Below are positions 17,297-26,382 of a stretch of DNA of 30,927 nucleotides, piece by piece. Where the stretch lies: the sequence record NC_049394.1. The stretch is one strand, 5' to 3'. This DNA is from Escherichia phage ESSI2_ev129. The position numbers were made by a program, and so were the translations under genes. How positions within the stretch are numbered: the first letter of the stretch is position 1; each line of letters begins with the position of its first letter. The notes under the pieces were generated by a model. The model saw nothing but the letters and a program-made list of their open reading frames with translations. It was not told the origin of the DNA and ran no database searches.

Positions 17297-19072
17297 ATGG
17301 CTAAATACTCTGAAGAATTAAAAGGCGTTGTTCGCGCACTTTATCTGCGCCGCTATACGCCAAAGGAAATCGCATCTGAATTAAATCTGCCGAATGCGCG
17401 GATCGTTTACTACTGGGCGGAGAAATACAGCTGGGCGGATTTGCTCAGTTTTGAAAGCACAGAGGAAGCGATTGAACGCCGTTACCAGCTGCTGGCCAGC
17501 CGCGATAACAAAACAGATCTCGACCTAAAAGAAATGGACATGCTCATTGCTCATGCCACGAAACTGCGTGCGCAGAGTAATAAACACAAAGAGAAAATGG
17601 CCAGCGGTCAGAGTTCCGGGCAAGCAGCTGCGCGGGACAACAATGACGACGAACCGCGCAGCAAACGGAAGTACAGGAAAAACGATATTACCTCGCTGAC
17701 GCAGGAGGACTTTGACGCATGGGCTGAGGAACATCTTTTTGAATATCAGAAACACCTGCGCAATAACATTGGCCAGCTTGTAAGGAACATCCTGAAAAGC
17801 CGCCAGATCGGTGCGACCTGGTATTTTGCGTTTGAAGCGTTTGAAAACGCGGTGATGACCGGCGATCCGCAAATCTTTCTGTCAGCGTCAAAGGCTCAGG
17901 CTGAAGTGTTCCGGTCTTACATCGTGAATATTGCAGAGCAGTATTTCGGTATTACGCTGACCGGTAACCCGATCCGCTTAAGCAACGGCGCAGAACTGCG
18001 TTTTCTCTCCACCAACAAAAACACCGCCCAGTCCTACAGTGGCCACCTGTACTGTGACGAATATTTCTGGGTACCAAACTTTGCAAAACTTAACGAAGTG
18101 GCCAGCGCAATGGCCACGCATGACAAGTGGCGTACCACCTATTTTTCAACTCCATCGGCAAAAACGCACCAGGCGTACCCGTTCTGGACGGGCGATGAGT
18201 GGAAACAGGGCAGTAAAAAACGTGCGGCCATTAAGTTTCCTTCCTTTAACGAAATGCGTGACGGCGGGCGACTCTGCCCGGATGGGCAATGGCGCTACGT
18301 CATTACGATGGAAGATGCCATTGCGGGCGGTTTCAACCTGGCGAATATCGAGAAACTTCGCAACCGCTACAACGACGCCACTTTTAACATGCTCTATATG
18401 TGCGTGTTCGTTGACAGCAAAGATTCCGTTTTCAGCTTTTCCGACCTGGAAGCCTGCGGTGTTGAAATCGACACCTGGCAGGATCACAACCCTGATGCAG
18501 CGCGGCCATTCGGTGACAGGCCAGTCTGGGGCGGCTTTGACCCGGCTCGCAGCGGGGATTTGTCCTGTTTTGTCATCATCGCCCCGCCGATGCTCGCCGT
18601 GGAGAAGTTCCGCGTTCTGAAGGTGATTTACTGGAAAGGCATGAACTTCCGGTACCAGGCAAAACAGATCGAGCAGTTGTTCAAAAAATACAACTTCACT
18701 TATCTGGGTGTGGACGTTACCGGCATTGGCCAGGGTGTTTTTGACAACATTCAGCATTTTGCCATGCGCGTGGCCGTCCCTATTCGTTACGACCTGAACA
18801 CCAAAAATAAGCTGGTACTGAAAGCGGTGGACGTGGTGGAAAGCCAGCGTATTGAGTGGGATAAAAATTTGAAAGAGATCGCGGCCAGCTTTATGTCTGT
18901 GCGCCGAACCACCACACAAAGCGGCAACGCCATGACGTTTGTCGCTGACCGCAGCCAGGATACCGGCCACGCAGAGGCATTCTGGGCGATTACCCACGGT
19001 CTGCATAACGAACCCCTTAACTATGAAAACAAACCTAAATCCCGCTGGGGTGTAAGGAAAGAGGCAGCATGA
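17297..19072 (+). CDS. P: Terminase large (ATPase) subunit, P2 gpP-like
   Basis: 591 aa (P2 gpP is about 590 aa); ATG at 17297; divergent from O; stop overlaps the portal start (ATGA at 19069-19072). Confidence 0.85.
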   Translation: MAKYSEELKGVVRALYLRRYTPKEIASELNLPNARIVYYWAEKYSWADLLSFESTEEAIERRYQLLASRDNKTDLDLKEMDMLIAHATKLRAQSNKHKEKMASGQSSGQAAARDNNDDEPRSKRKYRKNDITSLTQEDFDAWAEEHLFEYQKHLRNNIGQLVRNILKSRQIGATWYFAFEAFENAVMTGDPQIFLSASKAQAEVFRSYIVNIAEQYFGITLTGNPIRLSNGAELRFLSTNKNTAQSYSGHLYCDEYFWVPNFAKLNEVASAMATHDKWRTTYFSTPSAKTHQAYPFWTGDEWKQGSKKRAAIKFPSFNEMRDGGRLCPDGQWRYVITMEDAIAGGFNLANIEKLRNRYNDATFNMLYMCVFVDSKDSVFSFSDLEACGVEIDTWQDHNPDAARPFGDRPVWGGFDPARSGDLSCFVIIAPPMLAVEKFRVLKVIYWKGMNFRYQAKQIEQLFKKYNFTYLGVDVTGIGQGVFDNIQHFAMRVAVPIRYDLNTKNKLVLKAVDVVESQRIEWDKNLKEIAASFMSVRRTTTQSGNAMTFVADRSQDTGHAEAFWAITHGLHNEPLNYENKPKSRWGVRKEAA

Positions 19073-20130
19073 GTAAAAAGAAACGCTTTGTTAAGCGCGA
19101 CCAGCGCGGCGACAAATCAAAAAAGATGAGCATTATCACTTTCGGCAAACCTGAACCTGTTCTGACTACCGGCACAGATTACCGTGATATCTGGTACGAC
19201 AATGCAGCCGATCACTTCACCCAGCCGATTGACCGACTGGCACTCGCGCAACTGATTAATCTTAACGGTCAGCACGGCGGCATCATTCACGCCCGTAAAA
19301 ACATGATTGTTTCAGACTACCAGGGGGGCGGGCTTATTCACGACCAACTGGAAGCAGCTGCGTTTGACTATATAACCTTTGGGGATATTGCGATTGCCAA
19401 AATTCGTAACGGCTGGGGTGACGTGATCGCACTTGAACCCTTGCCCGGTCTGTATATTCGCCGCCGCAAAGTCAGAGATAACGCCCTGGATAAGCCTGGT
19501 GACTACGTGGTGTTACAGGAAGGGGAACCGCAGGTATGGCCAGAAGAAGATATTATCTTCATCAAAATGTATGACCCGCAACAGCATATCTACGGACTGC
19601 CGGACTACATCGGCGGTGTGCATTCCGCGTTACTTAACAGTGAAGCGGTCATTTTCCGACGCCGCTATTACCACAACGGTGCGCACACAGGCGGTATTCT
19701 TTATACCCGCGATCCCAGCATGACGGACGAAATGGAGGAAGAAATTGAACAGCAGCTGCGTGACAGCAAAGGGATCGGTAACTTCTCCACCATCCTTGTA
19801 AACATTCCCGGTGGAGACGGCGACGCCATCAAATTCATTGAAATGGGGGATATTTCCGCAAAGGATGAATTTGCCAACATCAAGAACATCAGCGCCCAGG
19901 ACATTCTGAACGCTCACCGTTTCCCTGCCGGCCTCGCCGGTATTGTCCCACAGAACACTGCCGGACTGGGGGATGTTGAAAAGGCTGAACGCATTTACAA
20001 GAAAAGCGAAATAGCCCCCATCCAGCGCCGTTTCATGCTTGCCGTTAACAACGATCCCGAAATACCGGAAAGGCTACACCTTAACTTTGATTTAAGTTAC
20101 ACAGAATCAACGGATAAGGGTGCGGTATGA
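19069..20130 (+). CDS. Q: Portal protein, P2 gpQ-like
   Basis: 353 aa; AAGGAAAGAGG Shine-Dalgarno; translationally coupled to P. Order P-Q, divergent from O-N-M-L, is the P2 head-module layout. Confidence 0.85.
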   Translation: MSKKKRFVKRDQRGDKSKKMSIITFGKPEPVLTTGTDYRDIWYDNAADHFTQPIDRLALAQLINLNGQHGGIIHARKNMIVSDYQGGGLIHDQLEAAAFDYITFGDIAIAKIRNGWGDVIALEPLPGLYIRRRKVRDNALDKPGDYVVLQEGEPQVWPEEDIIFIKMYDPQQHIYGLPDYIGGVHSALLNSEAVIFRRRYYHNGAHTGGILYTRDPSMTDEMEEEIEQQLRDSKGIGNFSTILVNIPGGDGDAIKFIEMGDISAKDEFANIKNISAQDILNAHRFPAGLAGIVPQNTAGLGDVEKAERIYKKSEIAPIQRRFMLAVNNDPEIPERLHLNFDLSYTESTDKGAV

Positions 20131-20450
20131 GGCGAAACAGGCTAAAATCCAGGCATCATTTAACAGCTGGAGCATGGAATATGCGAGTTCTGAAAATCGA
20201 ATGCCCGGAATGCGGCTCAAAGGCTGTTATTCGTAAAACGAACAGAAAGCACCGGCAGATTGCTGATATTTACTGCGCCTGTTCAGATGTTGAGTGTGGC
20301 CATACGTTTGTTATGAATCTGACGTTCTCCCACACTCTTAGCCCCAGCGCTAAAACGGGTGATGCGATGGTGCAAAAAATACTGAATGCACTTTCACCCG
20401 ATCAGCGCCAGATGGCATTAGACCTACTGAAAGCGACTCCCGCCGCCTGA
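20127..20450 (+). CDS. Ogr/Delta-family zinc-finger late transcription activator
   Basis: Cys pattern CPEC-x19-YCACSDVECGHTF matches Ogr/Delta/186-B (CPxC...Y.C.C....C..TF). ATG 20127 overlaps the portal stop (ATGA); alternative start ATG 20181 with GGAG upstream gives an 89-aa product. Confidence 0.75.
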   Translation: MRRNRLKSRHHLTAGAWNMRVLKIECPECGSKAVIRKTNRKHRQIADIYCACSDVECGHTFVMNLTFSHTLSPSAKTGDAMVQKILNALSPDQRQMALDLLKATPAA

Positions 20451-20636
20451 AATGCCCCCATTACTGGGGGTTTTGTTTTCATACTCATCGAGCTTACTTT
20501 CCAGATCTGAAGTCAGTTCACTCAGCCAGGCAAGTGCTATGTCTTTCTCACAGCCGGTGCAATTACTTTTAGCTATAAGCCTTGTAAACAACGCAATCCG
20601 CTGCAATGCGATAGTTTCCAAAAACAAATCCTGCAC
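20424..20636 (-). CDS. Small ORF downstream of a LexA box (candidate SOS-induced antirepressor, Tum-like role; speculative)
   Basis: Track ORF is 20424..20684, but its ATG lies on the LexA box; preferred start GTG 20634-20636 (or ATG 20640-20642) with GGGAGG upstream. About 70 aa; 3' end overlaps the terminator hairpin, so the C-terminus is uncertain. Confidence 0.35.
   Translation of the reverse strand: MQDLFLETIALQRIALFTRLIAKSNCTGCEKDIALAWLSELTSDLESKLDEYENKTPSNGGISGGGSRFQ
20454..20479 (+). terminator. Rho-independent terminator after the P-Q-ogr operon
   Basis: G-CCCCC(20455-20459)-ATTACT-GGGGG(20466-20470) hairpin followed by TTTTGTTTT, 4 nt after the ogr-like stop. Confidence 0.7.
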
Positions 20637-20661
20637 AAGCATCCTCCCAAAAACAGAATAA

Positions 20662-20677
20662 CTGTATATAAACACAG
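20662..20677. promoter_or_regulatory. LexA (SOS) box
   Basis: CTGTATATAAACACAG is CTGT-N8-ACAG with an AT-rich spacer, flanked AA..TA, matching the LexA consensus TACTGTATATATATACAGTA. A TATACT -10-like hexamer overlaps its upstream half on the minus strand. Confidence 0.65.
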
Positions 20678-20757
20678 TATACATTTAAGCACAAAATGTG
20701 AAAGTGCTTTTTCCTGCCATCTACTGACAAATGAATGCCTTTCACATACTTACACCA

Positions 20758-22797
20758 CTACAACCACCCCGGCCACAGTTCCTGTAATGGCTCGTTTTGA
20801 GTCTCTTTAAGCCGCCCGTTGCGGTAAATCAGTGCGCCCTGACCAAATTTCAAACCACTCCCCCGCAGGAGAATGGCTATTTCTTCATCAGAACCATCAA
20901 AACCCCGACTGCGTAATTCCAGTTTTAACCGTCTGCGGGTTCCCCCCTCCGTACAGTTATTGACAGAACTCCAAGGGGCGGCGTTGCCGCCAGAAAAACC
21001 CGCCTCCGCTGGCGCTTCGGCCAGTTTCGCTACCTTCTGCCACTTCACCAAGCGCGTACATACCTCGGAATCTGGAACCAATGGAGAATAGACGCCCTGA
21101 ACACGCTGCACGTCCTCTGCGTATTCGTTTCCCTGTTCCGTAATTTCATAGGCCAGGCGAACAACCAGATCACGGCGGGGAACCAGTGCACCGCCCTGCG
21201 CCTGGGTATATGCAGCCCAGTCCCCGACATCAGCAGCGGCCAGAACCGCATCCATTCTGCGATCTGCCAGTACCTGATCCCGCAAACGACGCAGCTCACG
21301 CCAGACAGTTACCGGCGCACCACCAATCTGTTGAAACTGGCGAATACGCCAGCGTGAAGCCCACGCGGAAACGGACTTAGCCATATCACGCAGATTTTCG
21401 CCGGTTTCTTCGTCCTGCTCACCATCCAGCGCAAAACCATCAATATTTTTTGAAATGTATTTCGCGATGTAGCCCGTGGCCGAACCTTTGGCGGGATCGA
21501 TAGCTTCAACATGAAAACGCGCCTTCAGCGCCTTTTCAGATTGAAGTTCTTCAGAATCGGTAATTCTGGCGTGATAACAAAGAATATCGCGTACCGTGTC
21601 CACGTCCTGCGGACGCATAAAAAGCAACATATGCCAGTGCGGTGTCCCGTCATGGTGAGGCTCAACAACCCGAAACCCAAATACATGGATACCAGCACGC
21701 GAGATCGCTGCACGCGCTTTTGCCCATACGCCGCATAAATAGCGCTGGGTATCCTGCGGCGTACTTCCATCCCATTGCGATACAAAGCCACCTTTGCTGT
21801 GTACCGCATGGAAACGTGATGGTGCGGTGATGGTGTAAAACTCACCGGCCAGCCCTTCTTCATTTGCCATATCTTCAAACCCTCGCATTCTTACCATTAG
21901 CTCACAGCGACGGATCGCCGGATTTGCAACGCTGCGGTGTACCATGCTGTCCAGTGCAATGCGCAGCCCTTCATCATTCAGCAGATCAAACTTTTTAAAG
22001 AACTCCAGATTCCGCTTTTTCTGGTCTATCCATTCACCCAGTGTTTTGCGGGATACATAAGCGCTGGCCGCTTTTTGCACCTGCCCCACCGCGATGGCCA
22101 TGTGTTCGCGCTGCGTATCACGCGCACGTTTAAGACGCAGGTACCACCATTCCGGCGCCATCATGCGCAGTATCCCGGATTCCGCCTTACGCATTTCCAG
22201 TTGGCCTTCATTGGCCTCATGTTCAGCCCAGTACGGCGGCTGGTTATTCAGCATCAGGCAACATGCACAAAGATGTCGGTATGATTCCAGGGTGCGGCGA
22301 TACAGCTCTCTGGCGTCGTCAGTGCCGGAATCAAACTGTTCGGTGAAGTCATAAAGTGACTGGGAAATCCAGCCAGATACCTGGCCAGCCAGTTTTTTAA
22401 GATCAGGACGGTCTAGTGACGGCAAGCGCTCCAGCGACTTACCAAAAGGAAGATCAGCAGCATCAGCGGCCAGCGAGTAACGCGCAGCCACTTTTCGCAG
22501 ACGTGGCAATACACTCCCGCCGATGGTCTGGCGCAGGAATGTATTGGCACGGCGACGCCCGTCACGACCAGCAAAAAGCTTTTCATAGCGACGGCCAAAA
22601 TACCCGGCTAACCAGTCGGGTATCTCATGCAGGTACCGGGATCGCCATTCATAATCCTGCGGGTTTACAGCCCACAGGCGGCGTTCTGTGATTGTCGCGT
22701 CTGCCGGTGTACCAGGCGCAAAGGTTTCACGCCGCCAGGCATCGACGGCGTGATGTTGCCCCAGCTCTTGATGAAGGAAATCAGTATGCTCAGGCAT
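20758..22797 (-). CDS. A: Replication initiation protein (P2 gpA-like rolling-circle initiator/nickase)
   Basis: 679 aa; contains the tyrosine active-site-like segment SATGYIAKYISKNIDG characteristic of the gpA family; ATG 22795-22797 overlaps the upstream methyltransferase stop by 8 nt. Confidence 0.85.
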   Translation of the reverse strand: MPEHTDFLHQELGQHHAVDAWRRETFAPGTPADATITERRLWAVNPQDYEWRSRYLHEIPDWLAGYFGRRYEKLFAGRDGRRRANTFLRQTIGGSVLPRLRKVAARYSLAADAADLPFGKSLERLPSLDRPDLKKLAGQVSGWISQSLYDFTEQFDSGTDDARELYRRTLESYRHLCACCLMLNNQPPYWAEHEANEGQLEMRKAESGILRMMAPEWWYLRLKRARDTQREHMAIAVGQVQKAASAYVSRKTLGEWIDQKKRNLEFFKKFDLLNDEGLRIALDSMVHRSVANPAIRRCELMVRMRGFEDMANEEGLAGEFYTITAPSRFHAVHSKGGFVSQWDGSTPQDTQRYLCGVWAKARAAISRAGIHVFGFRVVEPHHDGTPHWHMLLFMRPQDVDTVRDILCYHARITDSEELQSEKALKARFHVEAIDPAKGSATGYIAKYISKNIDGFALDGEQDEETGENLRDMAKSVSAWASRWRIRQFQQIGGAPVTVWRELRRLRDQVLADRRMDAVLAAADVGDWAAYTQAQGGALVPRRDLVVRLAYEITEQGNEYAEDVQRVQGVYSPLVPDSEVCTRLVKWQKVAKLAEAPAEAGFSGGNAAPWSSVNNCTEGGTRRRLKLELRSRGFDGSDEEIAILLRGSGLKFGQGALIYRNGRLKETQNEPLQELWPGWL

Positions 22798-23800
22798 ACT
22801 GTCCCCCCATCAAGTAGGCTTTTATAAAAGCTGTCGCAGCTTCTGCATTCAGGGCGTTGCCATAGGTTCTAATTCGTCCCACTCTGGAGGAAGCCCCATT
22901 AACCAGAGGCTTAAGGCCGGATTTAATTGGCCTCCACTTTCCATCTCTGCACAGAAGCCAGTCAGCATCTTTCCAGAAGCCGTTAACCGCACCGGCCCCG
23001 CTATCTGAGCAACCACATCCAGCCTGTCTATCGACAGCTTGCCATTGCGAATCCTCCCCCCAGAATATCCGCCCTTGTGATCGCTCGCTGTTGGAGTCGG
23101 CCAGCCCGCTAACCTCGCCGCGCCGCCAAGCGTTGTACCTCGCTTCGGATGGTTTGCTGCCGCCCCCTCTCCTGAAATTTGATTGTTGTCCTGTGTAGTT
23201 GGAGTTGGCCACCCTGCAAGTTGAACCGCTGTTTGCAAGTTCAATCCCCCTTGACGGCCTGCATTGCTGGGATGTTTCCATGCATTCGCTGTCGGTGTTG
23301 GCCACCCAGTAAGTTCTGTCTCTGATATTCGGCGCACCGACGCTCGCAGCCGGAAACGCACACGCCCCGAAGGCATAGCCCATTGCTTCCATGTCAGCTT
23401 GTACAAGGTCGATCCAGTCGTTTGCGTGAGCACTCGCAGATTGCTCGCCAAAGATAACGAGAGGGCGGCGCTGCCCGACCAGCCAATGCATGGCGGGCCA
23501 TAAGTGCCGCTCATCAGCAAACCCTTTTCCTTTGCCTGCCGCGCTGAAAGGTTGGCATGGACATGATCCCGACCAGACTGGTTTATCTTCTGGCCATCCA
23601 GCACGGCGCAGGGCATATGACCAAACTCCAATCCCTGCAAAGAAATGGACTTGAGTGAATCCTCGCAAGTCGTCTGGATGGACATCTTCAATACTCCTTT
23701 CATCAACTTCACCGGCCATAATGCGACCGGCAGAAATATGCGTACGCAGTCGCTCTGCCGCAAACGGATCAATTTCGTTGTAATATGCGGAAGGTTTCAT
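22790..23800 (-). CDS. DNA (cytosine-5) methyltransferase, with a two-frame anomaly in its central region
   Basis: This frame carries motif I (FFAGIGVW), motif IV (GSCPCQPFSAAGKG), motifs VII-VIII (EAMGYAFG..GAPNIRDRTYWVA) and a motif-X-like C-terminus (YGNALNAEAATAFIKAYL). ATGA overlap with the Dam stop. A second same-strand frame (22849..23772) holds a triplicated LAGWPTPT module; see findings. Confidence 0.7.
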   Translation of the reverse strand: MKPSAYYNEIDPFAAERLRTHISAGRIMAGEVDERSIEDVHPDDLRGFTQVHFFAGIGVWSYALRRAGWPEDKPVWSGSCPCQPFSAAGKGKGFADERHLWPAMHWLVGQRRPLVIFGEQSASAHANDWIDLVQADMEAMGYAFGACAFPAASVGAPNIRDRTYWVANTDSECMETSQQCRPSRGIELANSGSTCRVANSNYTGQQSNFRRGGGSKPSEARYNAWRRGEVSGLADSNSERSQGRIFWGEDSQWQAVDRQAGCGCSDSGAGAVNGFWKDADWLLCRDGKWRPIKSGLKPLVNGASSRVGRIRTYGNALNAEAATAFIKAYLMGGQYA

Positions 23801-24648
23801 GCGCTGACCTCAACCGGAACAGGCCATTTAAGAATCAACTCTGCCGCCATTTTCGGGCTTGCAGCTGCCGCACCAACGCTACGCGGTGCATTCACCTGAA
23901 CAGCGTCAAACCCTGCATACAGGTAATGCACCATTTCCAAATCGCTGTTTGACGCGACCACCTTAATCCCACGTTCTGCCAGGCGTCGTAGCTTACGCGC
24001 CAACCGACCCTGATCCAGGTGCGAAAAACCGCGCTCATGGTAAGCGGTGAAATTGTCGGTATCAGTCAGATAAGGCGGATCACAGTAAACAACGTCACTC
24101 CCGCCCCGAACCAAATCGAGCGTTTCTGAATAGTGGGCAGTAATGAACGTTGCACGCTTCGCTTTTTCGGCAAAGGCGCGTATTTCATTGGCAGGGAAAT
24201 AAGGCTTCTTGTACTTACCGAACGGGACATTGAACTGACCACGGCGATTATACCGGCACAGGCCATTGAAGCAGTGCCGGTTCAGATACAGGAAACGCGC
24301 AGCATTTTCAATGGATTCAGAACCGGATTTACCGGACAGGTTGAAGGCATCCCGCACTGCGTAATAGAAAACTGCACGGTTTTCTTCATCGCCTAACGAA
24401 CCGGCAGTAAACAGGATCTCCAGCTCATTCAGCAGCGCATCAGTGTGATACGCCATCGCCTTATAAAGATTAACCAGATCAGGATTCACATCTGCGATCA
24501 GATACTCGTCATAATCCGTATTCATCATGACGGCGCAGGAACCTGCGAACGGTTCAACCAGGCGTTTACCTTCTGGAAGGTGCGGACGCAGCTTAGGCAT
24601 AAGGCGGGCTTTGCTGCCCACCCATTTAAGCGGAGTTTTAACGGCCAT
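23797..24648 (-). CDS. dam: DNA adenine (N6) methyltransferase, Dam family
   Basis: 283 aa. N-terminal [19 protein letters not shown] (AdoMet motif) and catalytic VYCDPPYL (DPPY). GGAGG Shine-Dalgarno 6 nt before ATG 24646-24648. Confidence 0.85.
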   Translation of the reverse strand: MAVKTPLKWVGSKARLMPKLRPHLPEGKRLVEPFAGSCAVMMNTDYDEYLIADVNPDLVNLYKAMAYHTDALLNELEILFTAGSLGDEENRAVFYYAVRDAFNLSGKSGSESIENAARFLYLNRHCFNGLCRYNRRGQFNVPFGKYKKPYFPANEIRAFAEKAKRATFITAHYSETLDLVRGGSDVVYCDPPYLTDTDNFTAYHERGFSHLDQGRLARKLRRLAERGIKVVASNSDLEMVHYLYAGFDAVQVNAPRSVGAAAASPKMAAELILKWPVPVEVSA

Positions 24649-24967
24649 ATTGACCTCCGCCAGCTAACACCTCAGTGACACCGTTTGAAATGATGTATTC
24701 CAGCACTTCAAGCGGCGACAGTGAACAGATGGACAAAACCGCCCAGTTTTCAGTATCAGCGATAATTTCATTTACAGGCAAAACATGGGTGATAACCGCC
24801 GCCCACTCACGCCCGGTGTATTTCCCGTGCTTCCACTCACACAGTGAAAGAACATCACCGGTTTTGTACCCGCGATCGTTTTTTCGCAGTTCGGCCTTTT
24901 TCTGGCCAGCCACTACTGCATCAAGGTATTTCGGCGCAATCTTTATCGTGTGGATTTTGATTGTCAT
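24638..24967 (-). CDS. Small PUA/ASCH-like domain protein (DUF3850-type, tentative)
   Basis: 109 aa, ATGA overlap with the exonuclease stop, 11-nt overlap with the Dam start. Family recalled from N-terminal [40 protein letters not shown]; not verified. Confidence 0.4.
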   Translation of the reverse strand: MTIKIHTIKIAPKYLDAVVAGQKKAELRKNDRGYKTGDVLSLCEWKHGKYTGREWAAVITHVLPVNEIIADTENWAVLSICSLSPLEVLEYIISNGVTEVLAGGGQYGR

Positions 24968-25668
24968 TTTGCACCGCCTTCTGCAATAGCAAGGATCACA
25001 CCAAGCGTCAGATTGCAGTCATACAACGCTCTATGTGGTGCACCTTCTCCGGCATCAACCTTAAGCGCCGCCGCTGCATCCACAAGTCGTTTCCAGCGGG
25101 TTTTACGGCGTACAACATCCCATTCACCGTTATAATCTGCGTACAGCTGCATTACGCACTCAGGGGTGCGTATATCCTCATGCTGTTCATAATCCCCACC
25201 AGACTGGCGCAACATACGCGCATCAAATTTTGCGTTATATGCGACCCAGCCCTTACTTGTTAACTCCAATACTTTCGGCAGAATTTCCAACCATGATGGT
25301 GCATTAGCAACCATTTCATCCGTAATACCGTGAATTGCAGTTGCCGCTTCTGGAATAGGTTTCGATGGCTTGACCAGCGTATTAAGCAAAACGTAACCAG
25401 CACAGTCGATGATCGAAATTTCTACAATTTCATCATCAAATCCTAGTCCTGTGGTTTCTGTATCAAGAATGACAAAGCCCTTATCAATCCAGCGCTTTGC
25501 TATCTGCTGTTCAGTTTCCAGACGGTCGGAAAAATACAGAGACTGATCGGTGATCCTCCAACACTGGCGAATCACATCGCGCAACGAAGCCCCTTCTTTA
25601 GCTCTGGCACCAGAAACCACCCCACCCAAAATGGCCGAAAAAAGTTGATTGCGAGCGCTCAATTCCAT
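24964..25668 (-). CDS. 3'-5' exonuclease, DnaQ-like (DEDDh)
   Basis: Track start is a TTG; refined to ATG 25666-25668 (MELSARN...). Exo I motif ILDTETTGL, Exo II-like VAYNAKFD, Exo III HRALYDC. Confidence 0.8.
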   Translation of the reverse strand: MELSARNQLFSAILGGVVSGARAKEGASLRDVIRQCWRITDQSLYFSDRLETEQQIAKRWIDKGFVILDTETTGLGFDDEIVEISIIDCAGYVLLNTLVKPSKPIPEAATAIHGITDEMVANAPSWLEILPKVLELTSKGWVAYNAKFDARMLRQSGGDYEQHEDIRTPECVMQLYADYNGEWDVVRRKTRWKRLVDAAAALKVDAGEGAPHRALYDCNLTLGVILAIAEGGAK

Positions 25669-25913
25669 GCCGCACCGCCTTTGCTGCAAATCACTGCGGC
25701 TTCTTCGCGGATTAACTCAACGATTTCCGCTGCGCTTAAACCTTCACTGGCTGCATGGGTGGCCAGCTTATCCAGACGGGTGGAACACAGATCAGCAGCT
25801 GCGGCTTTACCTTCCTGCGTGGCTTTGGTGAGCATGTCCTGCCACACGGAAAAGGCATACTCAATCCGATATTCGAATTGTTTTCTGGCAAAAATTTCTC
25901 TTTCTTTATTCAT
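25659..25913 (-). CDS. Hypothetical early protein
   Basis: 84 aa, ATG 25911-25913 with AAGGAA Shine-Dalgarno; overlaps the exonuclease start by 10 nt. No motif recognised. Confidence 0.5.
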   Translation of the reverse strand: MNKEREIFARKQFEYRIEYAFSVWQDMLTKATQEGKAAAADLCSTRLDKLATHAASEGLSAAEIVELIREEAAVICSKGGAAWN

Positions 25914-25980
25914 TTTCAGTTCCTTAAGGCAAAAGAATCCCCGGCCACTTGAACCGTGACCAAAAAATTCGGACAGTTAA

Positions 25981-26382
25981 TTAGTGAAAAGTGGGTTGTA
26001 CTGTGGCGGCTGAGTAGTTCGGTGCCGGAATCAGGTGCAGCTCATAGGTTGTCCGCCACCACTCCTGGATCATCGCTATTATCTCGCCAACACCCAGCGC
26101 CCCGGCTGTATAGAAAATTGCACGAATCCCCGCCAGCGCTTCTATCTGGGCTTCTTTGCTTTCCGCTTCGCGATACACGCAGCACCAGAAAGCGGCATTG
26201 ATCGCCAGCCAGTGACGCGGATTTGTCATGTGTTCAGTGTCATTGAAGAAGAACGGATGCAAAGCGATACGCCCATTTTTACTGGTGCTTTTCTCTGCAA
26301 ACGCTAATGCGTAGTTATGCGGGACGCCCCACACAGCCAGCTCTGCCCCCAACGATTTGCCCTCAACGGAAATAATGGTCAT
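25981..26382 (-). CDS. Hypothetical early protein
   Basis: 133 aa; ATG 26380-26382 overlaps the upstream stop by 1 nt. No motif recognised. Confidence 0.5.
   Translation of the reverse strand: MTIISVEGKSLGAELAVWGVPHNYALAFAEKSTSKNGRIALHPFFFNDTEHMTNPRHWLAINAAFWCCVYREAESKEAQIEALAGIRAIFYTAGALGVGEIIAMIQEWWRTTYELHLIPAPNYSAATVQPTFH

Noticed and set aside
20640-20684. ATG at 20682-20684 as the start of the LexA-associated small ORF.
   Set aside because: The LexA box and the candidate -10 hexamer would lie inside the first codons, leaving no 5' UTR. The downstream GTG/ATG with GGGAGG is more plausible.
20131-20757. A cos site in the portal-proximal intergenic region.
   Set aside because: No sequence resembling the P2/186 cohesive-end region was found by eye near the portal or at the contig ends. 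Absence is not established without an alignment.
22803-23167. C/G homopolymer tracts in the methyltransferase region (C6 at 22803-22808, C6 at 23056-23061, C5 at 23163-23167) as phase-variation switches.
   Set aside because: Tracts of 5-6 nt are shorter than typical slipped-strand phase-variable tracts, and none coincides with the inferred frame-switch positions. Worth checking only in read data.
22849-23772. The second-frame 307-codon ORF as an independent full-length gene.
   Set aside because: Its first codon is TTG and its N-terminal third overlaps the region where the other frame carries unambiguous methyltransferase motifs I and IV. Only its central GWPTPT portion shows coding-like conservation, reported as a finding.
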